DNA from: a virus
IMG/VR virus record: IMGVR_UViG_3300023179_000085
Span: 1 to 64,000 of that record
Strand: one strand, 5' to 3'
Length of the DNA stretch: 64,000 nucleotides
Shown here: positions 1 through 10,017 of the stretch, piece by piece
How the letters are laid out: each line of letters opens with the position of its first letter
Position numbering within the stretch: position 1 is the stretch's first letter
The notes under the pieces: generated by a model
The model's database searches: none
Told to the model about the DNA's origin: nothing
Seen by the model: only the letters and a program-made list of their open reading frames with translations
Made by a program: the position numbers and the translations under genes

Positions 1-1
1 T

Positions 2-139
2 TCAGAATTAGACATAAGCTTAGTAATAGCGTCTTTTCAGGAAAAGGTTGGACAGCTAACCACTGAGTTAATCATTAAAGATGCAACAATAAAGCAACTA
101 ACAGCAATCATCAATACACTGAGAGGAAATCAGCAATGA
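2..139 (+). CDS. 3' end of small hypothetical protein (truncated by window edge)
   Basis: Open frame ...SELDISLVIASFQEKVGQLTTELIIKDATIKQLTAIINTLRGNQQ*, whose TGA overlaps the next ATG (ATGA). Confidence 0.6.
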   Translation, partial: SELDISLVIASFQEKVGQLTTELIIKDATIKQLTAIINTLRGNQQ

Positions 140-312
140 GCGATGTTCAAGACGAAGTAAAAGAATTTAAAGTCGAAATTAAAATTTCTGAAAAGAATCT
201 TTCGTATAAGAGTGATTTTTCAGAAGCGGAAACCATCTTTTGGCTCGAGGCAGTAAAAGATCTTATTATTAAAAAGACATTTGATGCCGCCGGGATGGCA
301 GAAGCACTATAA
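136..312 (+). CDS. small hypothetical protein (58 aa)
   Basis: GAGG SD then ATG136; MSDVQDEVKEFKVEIKISEKNLSYKSDFSEAETIFWLEAVKDLIIKKTFDAAGMAEAL*; below the ORF-track cutoff. Confidence 0.65.
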   Translation: MSDVQDEVKEFKVEIKISEKNLSYKSDFSEAETIFWLEAVKDLIIKKTFDAAGMAEAL

Positions 313-336
313 AATATAGCCTAGCCAAAAGTGGCC

Positions 337-343
337 TTACTAT
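337..343 (+). promoter_or_regulatory. putative phage late-promoter motif TTACTAT
   Basis: Same motif recurs in intergenic gaps upstream of structural genes (3095, 6692, 12942, 18983, 29668, 29987, 34223). Confidence 0.55.
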
Positions 344-372
344 TAATGTCAAGGTCGCACTAAGGAAGTAAG

Positions 373-2010
373 ATGGCGTTTAAAGATTATTTGCCCTTTT
401 CGGGTAGCATCAATCAAACCAATCTTGAGGAAAGATCTTTAAAGCCTCAAGATATAGGTCCATTATCAAAAACAATGAGAGTGGCTGCCCTGGCTCTAGG
501 CTTTCAGGGAACATCTTATTTTTTTAGCAAAAGAGCTTCTTTTGAACCACCATCTTACGATTTTGATAGAATACATCAAGCAGTTGATACTGACTCCTAT
601 GTCCGTCAAGCTATAGCAAAACATAAAGAGCTTTTCTGGAAAGAAGGCTGGGAAATAGTTTCAGAAAATCAAGAAGCCGTTTCTTATCTTCTTCAAAGAA
701 TAGATTTTATGGAAATGGCTATGAAAAGACCTTTTCTAGATTTTTTGATAGAAGTATCAGATCAGTTATTCAAATTTGGTAATGCATTTATAGTTAAGGG
801 TAGAGGAGATATTACTCCCTACTTCCCGTCTAAGCTCAACCCCGTTAATGCCGAGTACCCAATTGCTGGTTATTATCTTATCCCAACAGAACAGGTTAGA
901 ATTCTAAGAGATAAACATAATAGACCAAGAGCCTACCAACAGGCAACAGATCCATTGACCTATGCACCTACGGATAGAGATCCAGTTTGGTCGGCAGATA
1001 GGGTAATTCATCTTCATCTAGACAGAAAACCAGGAAGAGCTTTTGGAACTCCGTATATCAATACCGTTTTAGATGACGTAATTGCACTTAGACAAATCGA
1101 AGAAGATATACAAAATTTAGTTCATAGAGAACTATTTCCTCTTTATAAGTATAAAATTGGTACAGCTGAACAGCCGGCAGAACCACAAGAAATAGACCAA
1201 GCTGCTCTTGAAATAGAAAACCTTAGGGCAGAGGGTGGTTTGATTCTTCCGTATAGGCATGATATAGAAATAATTGGATCAGAAAATACAGCACTCGATG
1301 CCTCAAGGTACCTGGATCACTTCAAGGAGCGCGTTGCGGTTGGTTTGGGTGTCGCTCCTCATCACTTGGGTATGACCATGAATGGTGGTAATAGATCTGT
1401 AACAGACAGATTAGACACAGCTTTATACGATAAGGTTAAGCAAATACAAAAAATATTTGGAGAAATGATAAGACTAAATATATTTAACGAATTGCTGTTT
1501 GAAGGTGGTTTTGACCCAACTGTTAACCCTTCGGCAAATGGAGAGTCAGATAGGTGTTTCTTCAAGTTTAAAGAGATAGACGTAGATACTCAAGTTAAAA
1601 AAGAAAATCACATTATACAAAAATTTGTTAACAATACAATTACCCTTAGCGAAGTTAGATTAGCTTTAGGTCTAAGCCCAGATGTTGACGATACGGAGCT
1701 TTACGCCGGTCTTCAAGCTAAAACACAAATAGATATAGCTGGAGCTCAAGCAGAAATTTCTTCACAAAATGCCCCACAGGAACCAAAAAATTCTGATGGA
1801 CAAAAATCAGCTACATCAGGTCAAAGAAACTTGCCAAATGCAAGAAAGGGACCCGGTAATAAATCTAGACCCCAAAATCAAAATGGACGCAACAGCTCTC
1901 CAAACATAAGAAGAAACGACAATAAATTTTTAGGAGTAATTGAAAACTTGCTTGAAAAAGAGTATAATGTAATAGGAACAGATTTAGAAAAGGAAGATAA
2001 AAATGTCTAA
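373..2010 (+). CDS. portal protein
   Basis: 545 aa with portal-like signatures (QLFKFGNAFI, VIHLHLDRKPGRAFGTPYI, ITLSEVRLALGL); AAGGA SD; first gene of the head module. Confidence 0.85.
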   Translation: MAFKDYLPFSGSINQTNLEERSLKPQDIGPLSKTMRVAALALGFQGTSYFFSKRASFEPPSYDFDRIHQAVDTDSYVRQAIAKHKELFWKEGWEIVSENQEAVSYLLQRIDFMEMAMKRPFLDFLIEVSDQLFKFGNAFIVKGRGDITPYFPSKLNPVNAEYPIAGYYLIPTEQVRILRDKHNRPRAYQQATDPLTYAPTDRDPVWSADRVIHLHLDRKPGRAFGTPYINTVLDDVIALRQIEEDIQNLVHRELFPLYKYKIGTAEQPAEPQEIDQAALEIENLRAEGGLILPYRHDIEIIGSENTALDASRYLDHFKERVAVGLGVAPHHLGMTMNGGNRSVTDRLDTALYDKVKQIQKIFGEMIRLNIFNELLFEGGFDPTVNPSANGESDRCFFKFKEIDVDTQVKKENHIIQKFVNNTITLSEVRLALGLSPDVDDTELYAGLQAKTQIDIAGAQAEISSQNAPQEPKNSDGQKSATSGQRNLPNARKGPGNKSRPQNQNGRNSSPNIRRNDNKFLGVIENLLEKEYNVIGTDLEKEDKNV

Positions 2011-2263
2011 TGTTGATATTGAAGAAAAAGATATTCTTGAAGTCTTTAAGACGGCAGTTCGCAATGGTCAAACTCGTTTAGCACTAGAGGCGTTAGTTGA
2101 TGTCATCGATGCAATTGTAGAAATAATAGTTCCAAATGAAGAACAAGCAGAAAATAATCCAGTTTCTCAACAGGATTCTCTTGTTGAAGAAAAGCCAAAA
2201 GAAGAAAAAACACCTTCTAAAAAGAAGGTAAAAGAAGAGGCTTCTGTTACAGCCGTTGAGTAG
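2003..2263 (+). CDS. hypothetical protein
   Basis: 86 aa, AAGGA SD, overlaps the portal stop. Confidence 0.7.
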   Translation: MSNVDIEEKDILEVFKTAVRNGQTRLALEALVDVIDAIVEIIVPNEEQAENNPVSQQDSLVEEKPKEEKTPSKKKVKEEASVTAVE

Positions 2264-2271
2264 TATTTAAA

Positions 2272-3045
2272 ATGGTTAAATTAGTTATCGGTTGTCCAAT
2301 CTATAAAAGAGATTGGATATTTCCTTACTGGATTTCCTGTATTGAAAATCAAGAATTGGATTTATCTAATATAGGTTTTGTTTTTGAAGTTTCTCCAGAT
2401 GATCAGGAAACAATATCTCATCTTATTAGATACAAAAATAATAGGCCGAATATTCCTTTGTTTGAAATAGATATTCGAACAGAGATTCCTCATTTCGAGC
2501 ATAAAGAAAATTCCAGAGTTTGGAGTATGTCAAAATATACAAACATGGTATTTCTTAGGAATAAATTACTTGAAAAAGTAAGAGAAATAAATCCAGATTA
2601 TTTTTTTAGTCTTGATTCCGATATTCTTTTGACCAACTCAAATACAATTAACTACTTGGTATCACATATTAAAGACGGTGCAGATGCGGTTAGTCCGCTT
2701 ATGTTTATGACACCAAATGATACGATGTACCCTAGCGTTATGAACTGGGTAAATGAACCTGGCGGTCAAGCATACAGAAAAGAAAAATATCCACTTGGAG
2801 AATATTTTAAATCAGATGTTATCATGGCCGCAAAAATGATGTCAAAGCATACTTATCAAAATGTTAATTATGATTTACATAGCCAGGGCGAGGACCTTGG
2901 TTGGTCCGCAAACGCAGCAAAACTTGGATTAAATCTATACTCTGCCTCCTACATTTACGCTCCGCACATAATGCATCAAGCGATGTTGCAGCATTTTCTT
3001 GCTAACGGCGATCCCAGACACAGTCAATATTTAGAAATCTCGTAG
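2272..3045 (+). CDS. glycosyltransferase (GT-A / GT2-like)
   Basis: N-terminal strand LVIGCPIYKR, DxD motif (DYFFSLDSDILL), GEDLGWS acceptor-site motif. Confidence 0.75.
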   Translation: MVKLVIGCPIYKRDWIFPYWISCIENQELDLSNIGFVFEVSPDDQETISHLIRYKNNRPNIPLFEIDIRTEIPHFEHKENSRVWSMSKYTNMVFLRNKLLEKVREINPDYFFSLDSDILLTNSNTINYLVSHIKDGADAVSPLMFMTPNDTMYPSVMNWVNEPGGQAYRKEKYPLGEYFKSDVIMAAKMMSKHTYQNVNYDLHSQGEDLGWSANAAKLGLNLYSASYIYAPHIMHQAMLQHFLANGDPRHSQYLEIS

Positions 3046-3094
3046 AAAGTATGATATATTTATATAATATTGTTTAATCTTATAAACAGATCAT

Positions 3095-3102
3095 TTACTA
3101 TA
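3095..3102 (+). promoter_or_regulatory. putative late-promoter motif TTACTATA
   Basis: Intergenic, about 30 nt upstream of ATG3132. Confidence 0.55.
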
Positions 3103-3131
3103 AATGTCGGATAGTTATATTGGAGATAAAA

Positions 3132-4722
3132 ATGGCGTTTGATTTCACAGAGAATTTTACTCTTGAACTACCAGATTTTTCTAAAATTGAATCACAGTTT
3201 TCTGAATCCTTTAATGATAAACATGGATTGATTATCGAAGTTGCTGCGATTCACGAACGGACTTACCGCTAATTATAATAACTACTCTGCAGCAGAGTTA
3301 GAAAAGGCTCTTCAGTCATGGGTGGAGCCATACCCAAAGCCTATTATTTTAAATCATGATCTCAATAGCGAACCCATCGGCAGAGTTATCGCAGCCAGAA
3401 TGGATAAAGAGATCGATGGAGCAAATTTTGTAAGACTACAGATAGCAATTACAGATCCCTTAGCAGCTCAAAAAATAGCCGATAAAAGATATTTGACTGG
3501 TTCAGTTGGCGGCAGAGCCGGTAAAGCCGTTTGCTCGATTTCCGGCGAAGACTTAGCCCAAGAAGATGATAGCGGCAGGCCAAAGTTTCCCAAATACAAG
3601 AGAGGTAAAGTTTATAAGGGTAAGTTAGCCTTCATAGACATGCAGGACATATCATTTAAAGAGTATTCATTTGTAAATCAACCCGCTGATCAAAGATCTG
3701 GTGTTAGATCTTCTAAAAAAATAGATGGCTCAGTAACAACATCCGACTCAGAAAACTGGACAGCAAAAACTTCGGCATTTGTTTTACACATGGATAAAGA
3801 AGATATTGTTTCCGTAGAGGAGAATGAGTCAATTTTTGTCGGCCTTAAAAAGAAAGAATCAAGACCACTATATCTGCATCTCAAGGGAGCATTTTTAACA
3901 GCAATGGCCTTTCAGGAAAGTGAAACTGATAGGCAGAAAGATAATACATTACTATTTGTTAAGAATAATGTAGTTGAAAATAATGAGGAGAACCCAAAGA
4001 TGAATCAAGAAGTTCAAGAAGACAACGTTTTAGAGGTTGTTGAGGGTCTTTTGGAGTCAGTCCAAAAAGAAGAAAGCTTAGAAGTTGAGCAGGCAAAAGA
4101 AGAGCAGCCAGCCGAACCAACTGCAGAACAAGCAGTTGATCAAGAAAAGATCTCATCTGAAGATTCAGAGAAGACAGAAGAACAAGCTGAAAAAGCTGTT
4201 GATTCTGCAGACTCCGAAAAATCAGAAGAGGCTTCTTCAACAGAAACCGAAGAAGCAGAAAAGACTGAAGAGCCAGAAGCAGAGCTCAGTGACGAAAAAG
4301 AAGCCGCTGAGCAAGATGCTGACGAGACTCAAAATAAAATTCAGTCTCTAGAAGAAGAAAACAAAAAACTCAAAGAAGCACTGCATCGTACTCTCGTTGA
4401 AAGAGTTGTCGATACAAAAATTGCTCTTGGAATTGAATCAGCAGAAGACAGAGATTCTCTTATCGAAGATCATGTTAAGAGAACCGCTTCGTCGCTTGCC
4501 GATTCGCTAAGAGATATGGCAAAGATTCCAGCAGGCAATGTTACAAAAGCAAAGGAATTTGCTGACATTGCAGTTGAGAGTGAGGTCGTATCAAATGAAG
4601 AGCACAATGTATTAACAATTGATTCAGAAGTCGAAGCAAGCGAAGAGAAGAATGAAGATACAGCAGAGTCTGCATTTGAAAATCTTCTTGTCGATGCTTT
4701 AATGGGTCGCAAGAAACTCTAA
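3132..4722 (+). CDS. prohead protease with acidic scaffold-like C-terminus; +1 shift at CGG 3258 (about 529 aa joined)
   Basis: GGAG SD + ATG3132 (MAFDFTENF...IEVAAIHE), then C-GGA into the 3241 ORF frame (GLTANYNNY...PIILNHD...PIGRV...YLTGSVG...EYSFVNQPAD), a phage protease pattern; Glu-rich tail. Confidence 0.8.
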
Positions 4723-4741
4723 ACATTAAGGAGATAATAAC

Positions 4742-5497
4742 ATGAGCTTAGCGAAATTTCGCAAAGTAGGGACCAAGACTGGCGCAGGTCGTTTTGTAGT
4801 TTCTGAGGGTATTGCACCATCAGCCTACATTCTTCCATCAGTTGCACTCCCAACTTGGTACGTAGATTCAGAAGATGACCGTTTTGAAATCGTTATTCCA
4901 AAAGGAACAATCCTTTCGGTTGTAACAGATGCAAATGGTGATTCGCGCTTTGTTCCAGCTAACGGTAGCGGATCCTCAGTAACATGGGGTGACACTATTT
5001 CAGGTTGGGACCCACTAGCTGGTGCAACACCAGTCGCAGGCGCTTCGGGTGACACTCAAGCAGTTGCCGCTCGTTCGCTTCCAGTTGGATGCGCACAATA
5101 TGATCTTTACAGACCATTCGATAAGGGCACATCACAAGGTGCTGGCTTTATCACACACGGTTATGTAGAGTACCCAATGGTTACAAATGTAAACGCAGAC
5201 GTTGCTGCAGGTGACTTGATCGCCCCAGATTTTATGGGTCGCCCAAGAAAGCTTTCAACAGCAGACGCAGCATCGTACCCATGGTTGCAAGTTGGTAAAG
5301 TAATTGAAGTCGAAAAGTTTGCAACAAACTTCGATGACGGTCTACTCTCCTACATGCAGCTGCCGTCAGACCCAGGTGCTTTGAAGACGGTATATGAAAT
5401 TACACGTGAAGGCACCTATAAGAACAAGTTGGGCATCCGCTCCAATTTGGATGTTACGAACGTCATTGGCGCATTCCGCGTTAACCTGACGCTCTAA
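4742..5497 (+). CDS. capsid accessory / decoration-like structural protein
   Basis: Between protease and MCP, strong AAGGAG SD, codon usage like the MCP gene. Confidence 0.6.
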   Translation: MSLAKFRKVGTKTGAGRFVVSEGIAPSAYILPSVALPTWYVDSEDDRFEIVIPKGTILSVVTDANGDSRFVPANGSGSSVTWGDTISGWDPLAGATPVAGASGDTQAVAARSLPVGCAQYDLYRPFDKGTSQGAGFITHGYVEYPMVTNVNADVAAGDLIAPDFMGRPRKLSTADAASYPWLQVGKVIEVEKFATNFDDGLLSYMQLPSDPGALKTVYEITREGTYKNKLGIRSNLDVTNVIGAFRVNLTL

Positions 5498-5539
5498 TAA
5501 GAAAATAAAAAAACAACAAACAGGAGGATAGATCCTAAG

Positions 5540-6601
5540 ATGAGTAAAACAATACAAGAACTCCTCTCGGGTCTCCCAGCTTGGGAAGCCGCATTTGCTG
5601 AGGATGGTTACATCGACTTAGAGAACAGAGTGACAATTAAGGAGGCCTTTGCATCATCCGATGCCGCAGCGCTATTCCCCAAAGTTATCTCGCGTACTCT
5701 AAAAGAGGCAGCCGAACCGCAGCTTTTGGTGACTCCGCTCCTTTCAACAGTACGCCTCGGTAAGGGTCGTTCTTTGGAATTCCCAGCGGTAAACGCAATT
5801 CAAGCTGCTGAGATACCAGAAGGACAAGAATACCCAGAGCAGGCACTCGCATTTGCTAAGCAAGTCGAGGGCAAGGTGTCAAAGAAAGGTGTTAAGCTGG
5901 CTTTCACAGAGGAAGTTATTGCTGACTCACTTTGGGACATCGTAGGTCTGCATGTACGTGCTGCAGGTCGTGCAATGGCACGCCTGAAGGAACAAATTGC
6001 ACTTAGCCGTTTCAAGGACGCTGCAACAATCGTCTTTGACAACGACAGTGGTTCATACGACGATACAACAGGTCGCGGAATTGATGGCGCAGCCAACAAG
6101 ACCGTTACCTGGGATGACATCGTTGATATGGCAGCTGTTCTAATGGCCGAGAATCATGTTCCAACAGACTTCATTCTCCACCCACTCATGTGGTCGGTCT
6201 TCTTGAAAGACTCGATCTTCCATGCAGGTGGATCTGCAGCTGCTGTCAACACAAGCTGGGGCTACCGTCCGCAGTCTAAGGAAGGCACGCTTAACTCCAC
6301 AGCCCCAATGGGTCTGAATGTTATCGTCTCGCCATTCGTTAGCTTTACTGCTAAGAGCGGTTCAACACCAGCCAAGTCAGACCTTTTCCTGATTGACCGT
6401 AATGAGGTTGGCACTCTTCTCGTCAAGGACGACATGAGCACGGATCAGTTCGATGATCCATCACGTGACATTCGTTCGATGAAGATGAAAGAGCGCTATG
6501 ACATCGTTATGCTCGGTGACGGTGAGGGTATCACAGTTGCTAAGAACGTACGCCTGACCCGTAACTACGAAGTTTCGGTTACAAACCAGGTATCGCTCTA
6601 A
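5540..6601 (+). CDS. major capsid protein (HK97-type)
   Basis: 353 aa; AAEIPEGQEYPE, KKGVKLAFTEEVIADS, MKMKERYD; AGGAGG SD; followed by a terminator. Confidence 0.9.
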   Translation: MSKTIQELLSGLPAWEAAFAEDGYIDLENRVTIKEAFASSDAAALFPKVISRTLKEAAEPQLLVTPLLSTVRLGKGRSLEFPAVNAIQAAEIPEGQEYPEQALAFAKQVEGKVSKKGVKLAFTEEVIADSLWDIVGLHVRAAGRAMARLKEQIALSRFKDAATIVFDNDSGSYDDTTGRGIDGAANKTVTWDDIVDMAAVLMAENHVPTDFILHPLMWSVFLKDSIFHAGGSAAAVNTSWGYRPQSKEGTLNSTAPMGLNVIVSPFVSFTAKSGSTPAKSDLFLIDRNEVGTLLVKDDMSTDQFDDPSRDIRSMKMKERYDIVMLGDGEGITVAKNVRLTRNYEVSVTNQVSL

Positions 6602-6648
6602 TAACAGTCCTTAGGGCCGTTATAGTTACGGAATCCTAAGAAGGGATC

Positions 6649-6679
6649 AGGGGTGGCGAAAGCCACCCCTTATCTTTTT
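6649..6679 (+). terminator. rho-independent terminator after MCP
   Basis: AGGGGTGGC-GAAA-GCCACCCCT perfect 9-bp stem followed by TATCTTTTT. Confidence 0.85.
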
Positions 6680-6732
6680 GTCCGTTTTTAGTTACTAATT
6701 AAATATCTGTATATACAACGTAGGAGCAAACC

Positions 6733-7503
6733 GTGCCGCTGAATTTAATTGATTACGCAGCAGTAAACTTGGACAGAGTTAAAATTAAATTTGGCAGAAC
6801 TATCAAGATTGCTTCTATAACAAATGATAAATTTATTGCTCAAACCTGCGCTGCAACGCCTAGCCAGGTAGAGAATCCGTTTAAGGTAATTAATACATTA
6901 GCGGATTATAACACTATATCAAGAACACTTACCCTATATTGGAATAAAACACTTGTTTCTGGTCAAGAGTATGCAATTAGGTTAGTTGGATTACTTGATG
7001 CCGCAAACGAAGTTGTTCCAGAAGAATATATCGTCTTTACAAAACAGGATGCGGCCACACCATCTGGGGTTTCTTCCATTACAGTTCCAACTGTAGAAGA
7101 AATATATATTGAAGATAAATCAGTACTTAACGAAGCATATACTTCGTATCAAATAATAGCAAAAAATCCAGAGTTCTATATAAAAGATGTTGATCCTGAT
7201 AACGGAGATTTTTATATAGATAATTCTCACAATAATGGTAGAGTAACAATAGCGTTCAACGCTAGACCAGCAACAAACTTTTTAACCTCACAGTATTTTA
7301 AGATACAAAGAAAAAAAATTCAAAGAACTCCATCTAGATGGGAATCCGTAGATGCAAAAATACAAATGCACTCTTGGAAACCGGAGGTCTACGTAGATTT
7401 TCCTTCCAATGACGCTACCCCAGCTTATTACACAGAAGATAAAACCTATTTTGAGACTGGATATAAATATAGAATTATTGTTTCAAAAGATATAGGTATT
7501 TAA
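6733..7503 (+). CDS. virion structural protein (beta-rich, Ig-like)
   Basis: AGGAG SD + GTG; follows MCP; TTACTAAT motif at 6692. Confidence 0.6.
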   Translation: MPLNLIDYAAVNLDRVKIKFGRTIKIASITNDKFIAQTCAATPSQVENPFKVINTLADYNTISRTLTLYWNKTLVSGQEYAIRLVGLLDAANEVVPEEYIVFTKQDAATPSGVSSITVPTVEEIYIEDKSVLNEAYTSYQIIAKNPEFYIKDVDPDNGDFYIDNSHNNGRVTIAFNARPATNFLTSQYFKIQRKKIQRTPSRWESVDAKIQMHSWKPEVYVDFPSNDATPAYYTEDKTYFETGYKYRIIVSKDIGI

Positions 7504-7917
7504 ATGGCAAATACATTTTATACAAAAGCAAAACAAGCTCTTTTAGAAGGAAAAATTGATATTTTAACAAAAAATTTTAAAGTTCTTTTTGTTAATAAAT
7601 CATTATATACTCCTAATTTTTTAACTAATCAATTTGTATCAGATATTCCGTCTTCTGCAATTGTATTTAGAAGCTCTAATTTAACTGGATTAGACGGCAG
7701 CTCTGGAATACTTGATGCCGACGACGTTCTTGAATCTAGCTTTCCTGGAACTAGTTTTGATGCAATCATCGTATACCAAGTTGGAGCTTCGGATGCAAGT
7801 TCTTTATTATTTTTCTTTATTGATGAATCTGAAGGATTACCGTTTACTGGGACTGGAGAATCCTTACTATTAACGCTGCAGTGGAATAATAATTCAGGAA
7901 GAATTTTAAACCTATAG
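7504..7917 (+). CDS. putative virion structural protein
   Basis: 137 aa abutting the previous stop; MANTFYTKAKQALLEGKIDI pattern typical of small phage structural proteins. Confidence 0.6.
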   Translation: MANTFYTKAKQALLEGKIDILTKNFKVLFVNKSLYTPNFLTNQFVSDIPSSAIVFRSSNLTGLDGSSGILDADDVLESSFPGTSFDAIIVYQVGASDASSLLFFFIDESEGLPFTGTGESLLLTLQWNNNSGRILNL

Positions 7918-7930
7918 GGAATCACACAAA

Positions 7931-8269
7931 ATGGCATCAAATTACCCAAGTCAACTAGATGTTTTGGTAAATCCAACGGCGTCTGATCCACTTAATTCTG
8001 TTACCGTCCCCCATGCAAAACAGCATGCTGACGCGAATGATGCAATAGAGGCAATACAAACAGTCCTGGGATTAAATCCAGCTGGAAGTTACTTGACCGT
8101 AAAAGATAGAATAATAAATGCAGAATCATTAATTCAAGAACAATCAGTTTTAAATGGATTAAATGATGTTACTATAAATTCGGTAGCTACTGGTCAGATT
8201 TTACGTTATAACGGTTCTGCATGGGTCAACTATGCAGAAGAAAATCTTGTAGATGGAGGTAATTTTTAA
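7931..8269 (+). CDS. small fibre-associated structural protein
   Basis: Contains LNDVTINSVATGQILRYNGSAWVN module shared with downstream fibres; ends VDGGNF. Confidence 0.7.
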   Translation: MASNYPSQLDVLVNPTASDPLNSVTVPHAKQHADANDAIEAIQTVLGLNPAGSYLTVKDRIINAESLIQEQSVLNGLNDVTINSVATGQILRYNGSAWVNYAEENLVDGGNF

Positions 8270-8271
8270 AA

Positions 8272-9990
8272 ATGGCTAATACACTAAGAATCAAAAGAAG
8301 GTCTTCTGGCGCATCTGGTGCCCCATCTAGTCTAGAAAACGCCGAACTAGCATTTAACGAAGTCGATGATGTTCTTTACTACGGTGAAGGAACCGGCGGT
8401 TTAGGCGGAAGTGCAACAAGTGTAATAGCCATTGCTGGACCAGGTGCTTTTACGACGCTTTCTAGTGCACAAACAATTTCTGGGAACAAAACATTTACTG
8501 GCACAGTAGTTGTGCCAACGCCGTCCTCAAATACTCACGCAGTAACAAAGCTTTATGTAGACGAACTTATAGCAAACGTTAATTCGGAAATTAATGCAGT
8601 CGCAACTTCCTTTAACCTAGCAGCAGATAGTGGAAGTAATTCCAGCATTACTTCTGGAACCGACACTCTTACAATTGCTGGTGGAGTTGGCCTAAGTTCT
8701 GCAATTTCTGGCGACACGGTAACCATCAATCTAGATAATACAACTGTTACTGCAGCCTCTTATGGTCTAGCCAATAGTGTAACTACCTTTACCGTAGATG
8801 CACAAGGTCGACTTACAGCTGCTGGAACAACGCTAATCAATATTAATGCTGGTCAAATAACTGGTTTTACCGAAGACGCCCAAGACGCCGCAGCCGCTTT
8901 ACTTACAAATGGTACACATAGTGGAATTTCTGCTTCTTATGATGATAATAACTCTAAAGTAAATTTAGACGTTGCTGACTTCACCATTACACTTGCTGGC
9001 GATCTTAGTGGTAGTGTCACAGTAACAGATCTTGCTAACGCAACACTGACAGCTTCAATAGTTGCTGACTCTGTTGCACTTGGAACTGACACCACCGGTA
9101 ATTATGTAGCATCTGTTTCTGCAGGAACTGGTATTTCCGTAACAAATACGGCAGTTGAGGGCGGAACATTTACGGTAAACAATGAAGGTGTATTGTCAGC
9201 CACCGGAACAGCAAATCAAGTACAAGTTTCTGCGGCAAATGGAAACGTCACCTTTTCCTTAGCCAATGATGTCACGATACCAAATAATTTGACGGTTACT
9301 GGCGACCTCTTGGTCCAGGGCAATACTACAACATTAAATACTGCGACTTTGGCAGTTGAAGACAAAAACATACTTTTGGCAAACACTTCTTCTCCTACTG
9401 ATGGTTCGGCTGATGGAGCAGGAATAACAGTTAAGGGCTCAACAGATAAAACGTTTAACTGGATAGATGGAACAGATTCTTGGACTTCTTCGGAAAACAT
9501 GGATTTAGCTTCTGGTAAAACGTACAACATATCTGGAGTAACTGTCCTTTCAAATACGACTCTTGGTTCTAGTGTTGTTAACTCTAGCTTGACTTCAGTT
9601 GGAACAATAAGTTCTGGAACTTGGAATGGTTCTACCGTATCAATATCCTATGGTGGTACTGGCGCAACTAGCGCCCCTCAAGCAAGAACAAATCTTGGTT
9701 TAGCGATTGGAACAGATGTTCAAGCCTATGATGCAGAACTAGCCGCACTCGCTGGACTTACTTCCGCAGCCGATAAATTGCCATACTTTACCGGTTCAGG
9801 AACCGCAGCGTTAGCTGATTTAACTTCTTATGCAAGAAGTTTAATATCTAGCGCAAGTGCATCAATAGCTAGAACAACCTTGGGATTGGGAACTATATCT
9901 GTTCAAGACGCAGATGATGTTAATATTACTGGTGGTTCTTTAAGTGATGTAACTATTAGCAACACGGTGATTGATGGCGGAACATTCTAA
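8272..9990 (+). CDS. fibre protein 1
   Basis: MANTLRIKRRSSG...PSSLENAELAFN N-terminus; AVTKLYVD, VDAQGRLT, LAVEDKNILL modules; T/S/G/A-rich. Confidence 0.8.
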   Translation: MANTLRIKRRSSGASGAPSSLENAELAFNEVDDVLYYGEGTGGLGGSATSVIAIAGPGAFTTLSSAQTISGNKTFTGTVVVPTPSSNTHAVTKLYVDELIANVNSEINAVATSFNLAADSGSNSSITSGTDTLTIAGGVGLSSAISGDTVTINLDNTTVTAASYGLANSVTTFTVDAQGRLTAAGTTLININAGQITGFTEDAQDAAAALLTNGTHSGISASYDDNNSKVNLDVADFTITLAGDLSGSVTVTDLANATLTASIVADSVALGTDTTGNYVASVSAGTGISVTNTAVEGGTFTVNNEGVLSATGTANQVQVSAANGNVTFSLANDVTIPNNLTVTGDLLVQGNTTTLNTATLAVEDKNILLANTSSPTDGSADGAGITVKGSTDKTFNWIDGTDSWTSSENMDLASGKTYNISGVTVLSNTTLGSSVVNSSLTSVGTISSGTWNGSTVSISYGGTGATSAPQARTNLGLAIGTDVQAYDAELAALAGLTSAADKLPYFTGSGTAALADLTSYARSLISSASASIARTTLGLGTISVQDADDVNITGGSLSDVTISNTVIDGGTF

Positions 9991-10017
9991 ATAGTTTTAA
10001 CATAAAGAAAGATCACC

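Noticed and set aside
6601-6640. Possible structured RNA after the MCP stop (ATAAC..GTTAT and CTTAGG..CCTAAG pairings)
   Set aside because: Short, mutually overlapping stems next to a clear terminator; not enough to call an ncRNA without covariation data.
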